The translations under genes were made by a program, and so were the position numbers. Of a DNA stretch of 54,285 nucleotides, positions 53,516 through 54,285 are shown in pieces. Origin of the DNA: a virus. The notes under the pieces are model-generated. The model was not told the DNA's origin. It saw nothing but the letters and a program-made list of their open reading frames with translations, and ran no database searches. Location: positions 1 to 54,285 of the IMG/VR virus record IMGVR_UViG_3300011431_000001. One strand, 5' to 3'. Positions within the stretch are counted from its first letter, which is position 1; every line of letters begins with the position of its first letter.

Positions 53516-53668
53516 TCATTTAACTGTTTTACTAAATTGGGTTATTACAAATCCAACAATAGGTGAAAGCAACATAGAAATACCAAAACCACCCCAAAAA
53601 CCACATTGACGTCGCCTAGAGTCATAACCGATGCAGATGCTGAAAATGATCCAAAGTATTATAATCAT
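53516..53668 (-). CDS. Small membrane protein, 50 aa
   Basis: Hand translation MIIILWIIFSICIGYDSRRRQCGFWGGFGISMLLSPIVGFVITQFSKTVK. Confidence 0.45.
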   Translation of the reverse strand: MIIILWIIFSICIGYDSRRRQCGFWGGFGISMLLSPIVGFVITQFSKTVK

Positions 53669-53807
53669 AAATCTAAAATAAGTCTTTTATAAAAAATATG
53701 CAATAGTATTTTTACGAATAAATTGGATTATTTTTTTCTCATTGCGCGAATCAAAGCAATATCCGCCAAGTTTCGATGATCTTTTTCATGTATTAAAGAT
53801 AACAAAA

Positions 53808-53825
53808 AGCCCCAATTAAGGGGCT
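53808..53825 (-). terminator. Intrinsic terminator immediately after array 2
   Basis: Minus strand AGCCCC-uuaauu-GGGGCU followed by UUUUUGUU. Confidence 0.7.
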
Positions 53826-53829
53826 AAAA

Positions 53830-53889
53830 ATCTTATCATATCAGATCGCATCTCATCAAATCCGATCACATCTAATCGCATCTTATCGA
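53830..53889 (-). repeat. Array 2: 12 contiguous perfect ATCNN pentamers
   Basis: atctt atcat atcag atcgc atctc atcaa atccg atcac atcta atcgc atctt atcga. Confidence 0.95.
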
Positions 53890-53892
53890 ACA

Positions 53893-54285
53893 TCAATTAC
53901 TTATTTGTCCTATTATTGGCCGTTCTATTTCAAATATTTTTTTCCATTGAGCCGTAAATGCGAGGGTAGTTCCTAATCCGGCTGCAATAAGATTCATTGA
54001 TTTCTGTTCAACTTCCGGCAGCGATGGATAAATATTACTTTTTATAACACTGTCTGTTATCTTTTTAGCTCTTTTAATTCCTCTTCCAACTTTTTGAACA
54101 CTCTCAATAACTATGGGTGCGGCATTATCAATGCACAAAGTTTTTACTCCTTTCCCTCTTATCGTTTCTTTCAATATTTTGCATCTTTTAAGGGCAGTTC
54201 TTAAATAAGTCTTGCCCTTATTATCCATTTTTATGCCGGTCAATTCTTCTAATTGACTATAAGAAAAATATTCGCCAGGAGTAGA
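53893..54285 (-). CDS. 3' part of the wrap-around wHTH-like gene (151 aa in full; true ATG at position 186 of the first copy)
   Basis: The ORF stays open to the window end; HTH-like FSYSQLEELTGIKMDNKGKTYLRTALKRC followed by IRGKGVKTL. Confidence 0.7.
   Translation of the reverse strand, partial: STPGEYFSYSQLEELTGIKMDNKGKTYLRTALKRCKILKETIRGKGVKTLCIDNAAPIVIESVQKVGRGIKRAKKITDSVIKSNIYPSLPEVEQKSMNLIAAGLGTTLAFTAQWKKIFEIERPIIGQISN
54163..54285. repeat. Second copy of the terminal overlap (identical to 1-123)
   Basis: See 1-123. Confidence 0.95.

Noticed and set aside
1-54285. Integrase or transposase, reverse transcriptase (DGR or retron), toxin-antitoxin pairs or known defence or anti-defence genes
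   Set aside because: I could not recognise recombinase, RT (YxDD) or other hallmark motifs in any listed ORF. This is absence by eye only, not by profile search.

Overview
The first 123 nt are identical to the last 123 nt, so the window closes on itself into a 54,162-bp unit. I read it as a complete genome of a tailed dsDNA phage that is either circularly permuted or terminally redundant. It is AT-rich. It has Bacteroidota-type TAnnTTTG promoter boxes, many lipoboxes and almost no Shine-Dalgarno signals, which points to a Bacteroidota host. That host call is inference, because no search was run.

Nearly all genes are on the minus strand, and transcription runs from the divergent control region at 25336-25443 down through coordinate 1. 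In order it passes:
- small early genes
- a structured RNA followed by three tandem terminators
- the recombination module (Bet-like SSAP, YqaJ exonuclease)
- DnaQ-like exonuclease, two DNA methyltransferases and a DnaA-domain-IV-only protein
- ParB-like proteins, a DUF1376-like protein, DnaB and VRR-NUC
- regulators
- a ParB / Trm1-like methyltransferase / radical-SAM trio
- TerS-like protein, TerL and portal

It then wraps to 54162 and continues with an accessory island, scaffold, decoration protein, major capsid, head-tail proteins, major tail protein, a 1205-aa tape measure, tail tip proteins, fibre genes, a secreted-protein block and a lysis-like membrane block ending at 27271. The only plus-strand genes are the repressor-led module at 25444-27191 and one RHH gene at 53251-53445.

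The most unusual feature is a terminator-bounded island inserted between the portal and scaffold genes (1070 -> 1, then 54162 -> 53806). It contains a structured leader, a 188-aa protein with RAMP-like motif order and a wHTH gene. The wHTH gene is bracketed by two same-orientation arrays of 19 and 12 phased pentamers (ATCNN, which reads as GAU plus a 2-nt spacer on the mRNA). The second array abuts an intrinsic terminator.

Other candidates:
- a putative RNA-based antitermination checkpoint (23741-24140)
- a possible DNA-modification trio (4511-6511)
- a run of five signal-peptide or lipoprotein genes, including an S8 subtilase and a 1552-aa fibre
- a lysis block with no canonical endolysin

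All functional calls come from motifs read by eye and from gene order. No database search, fold prediction or statistics were run.
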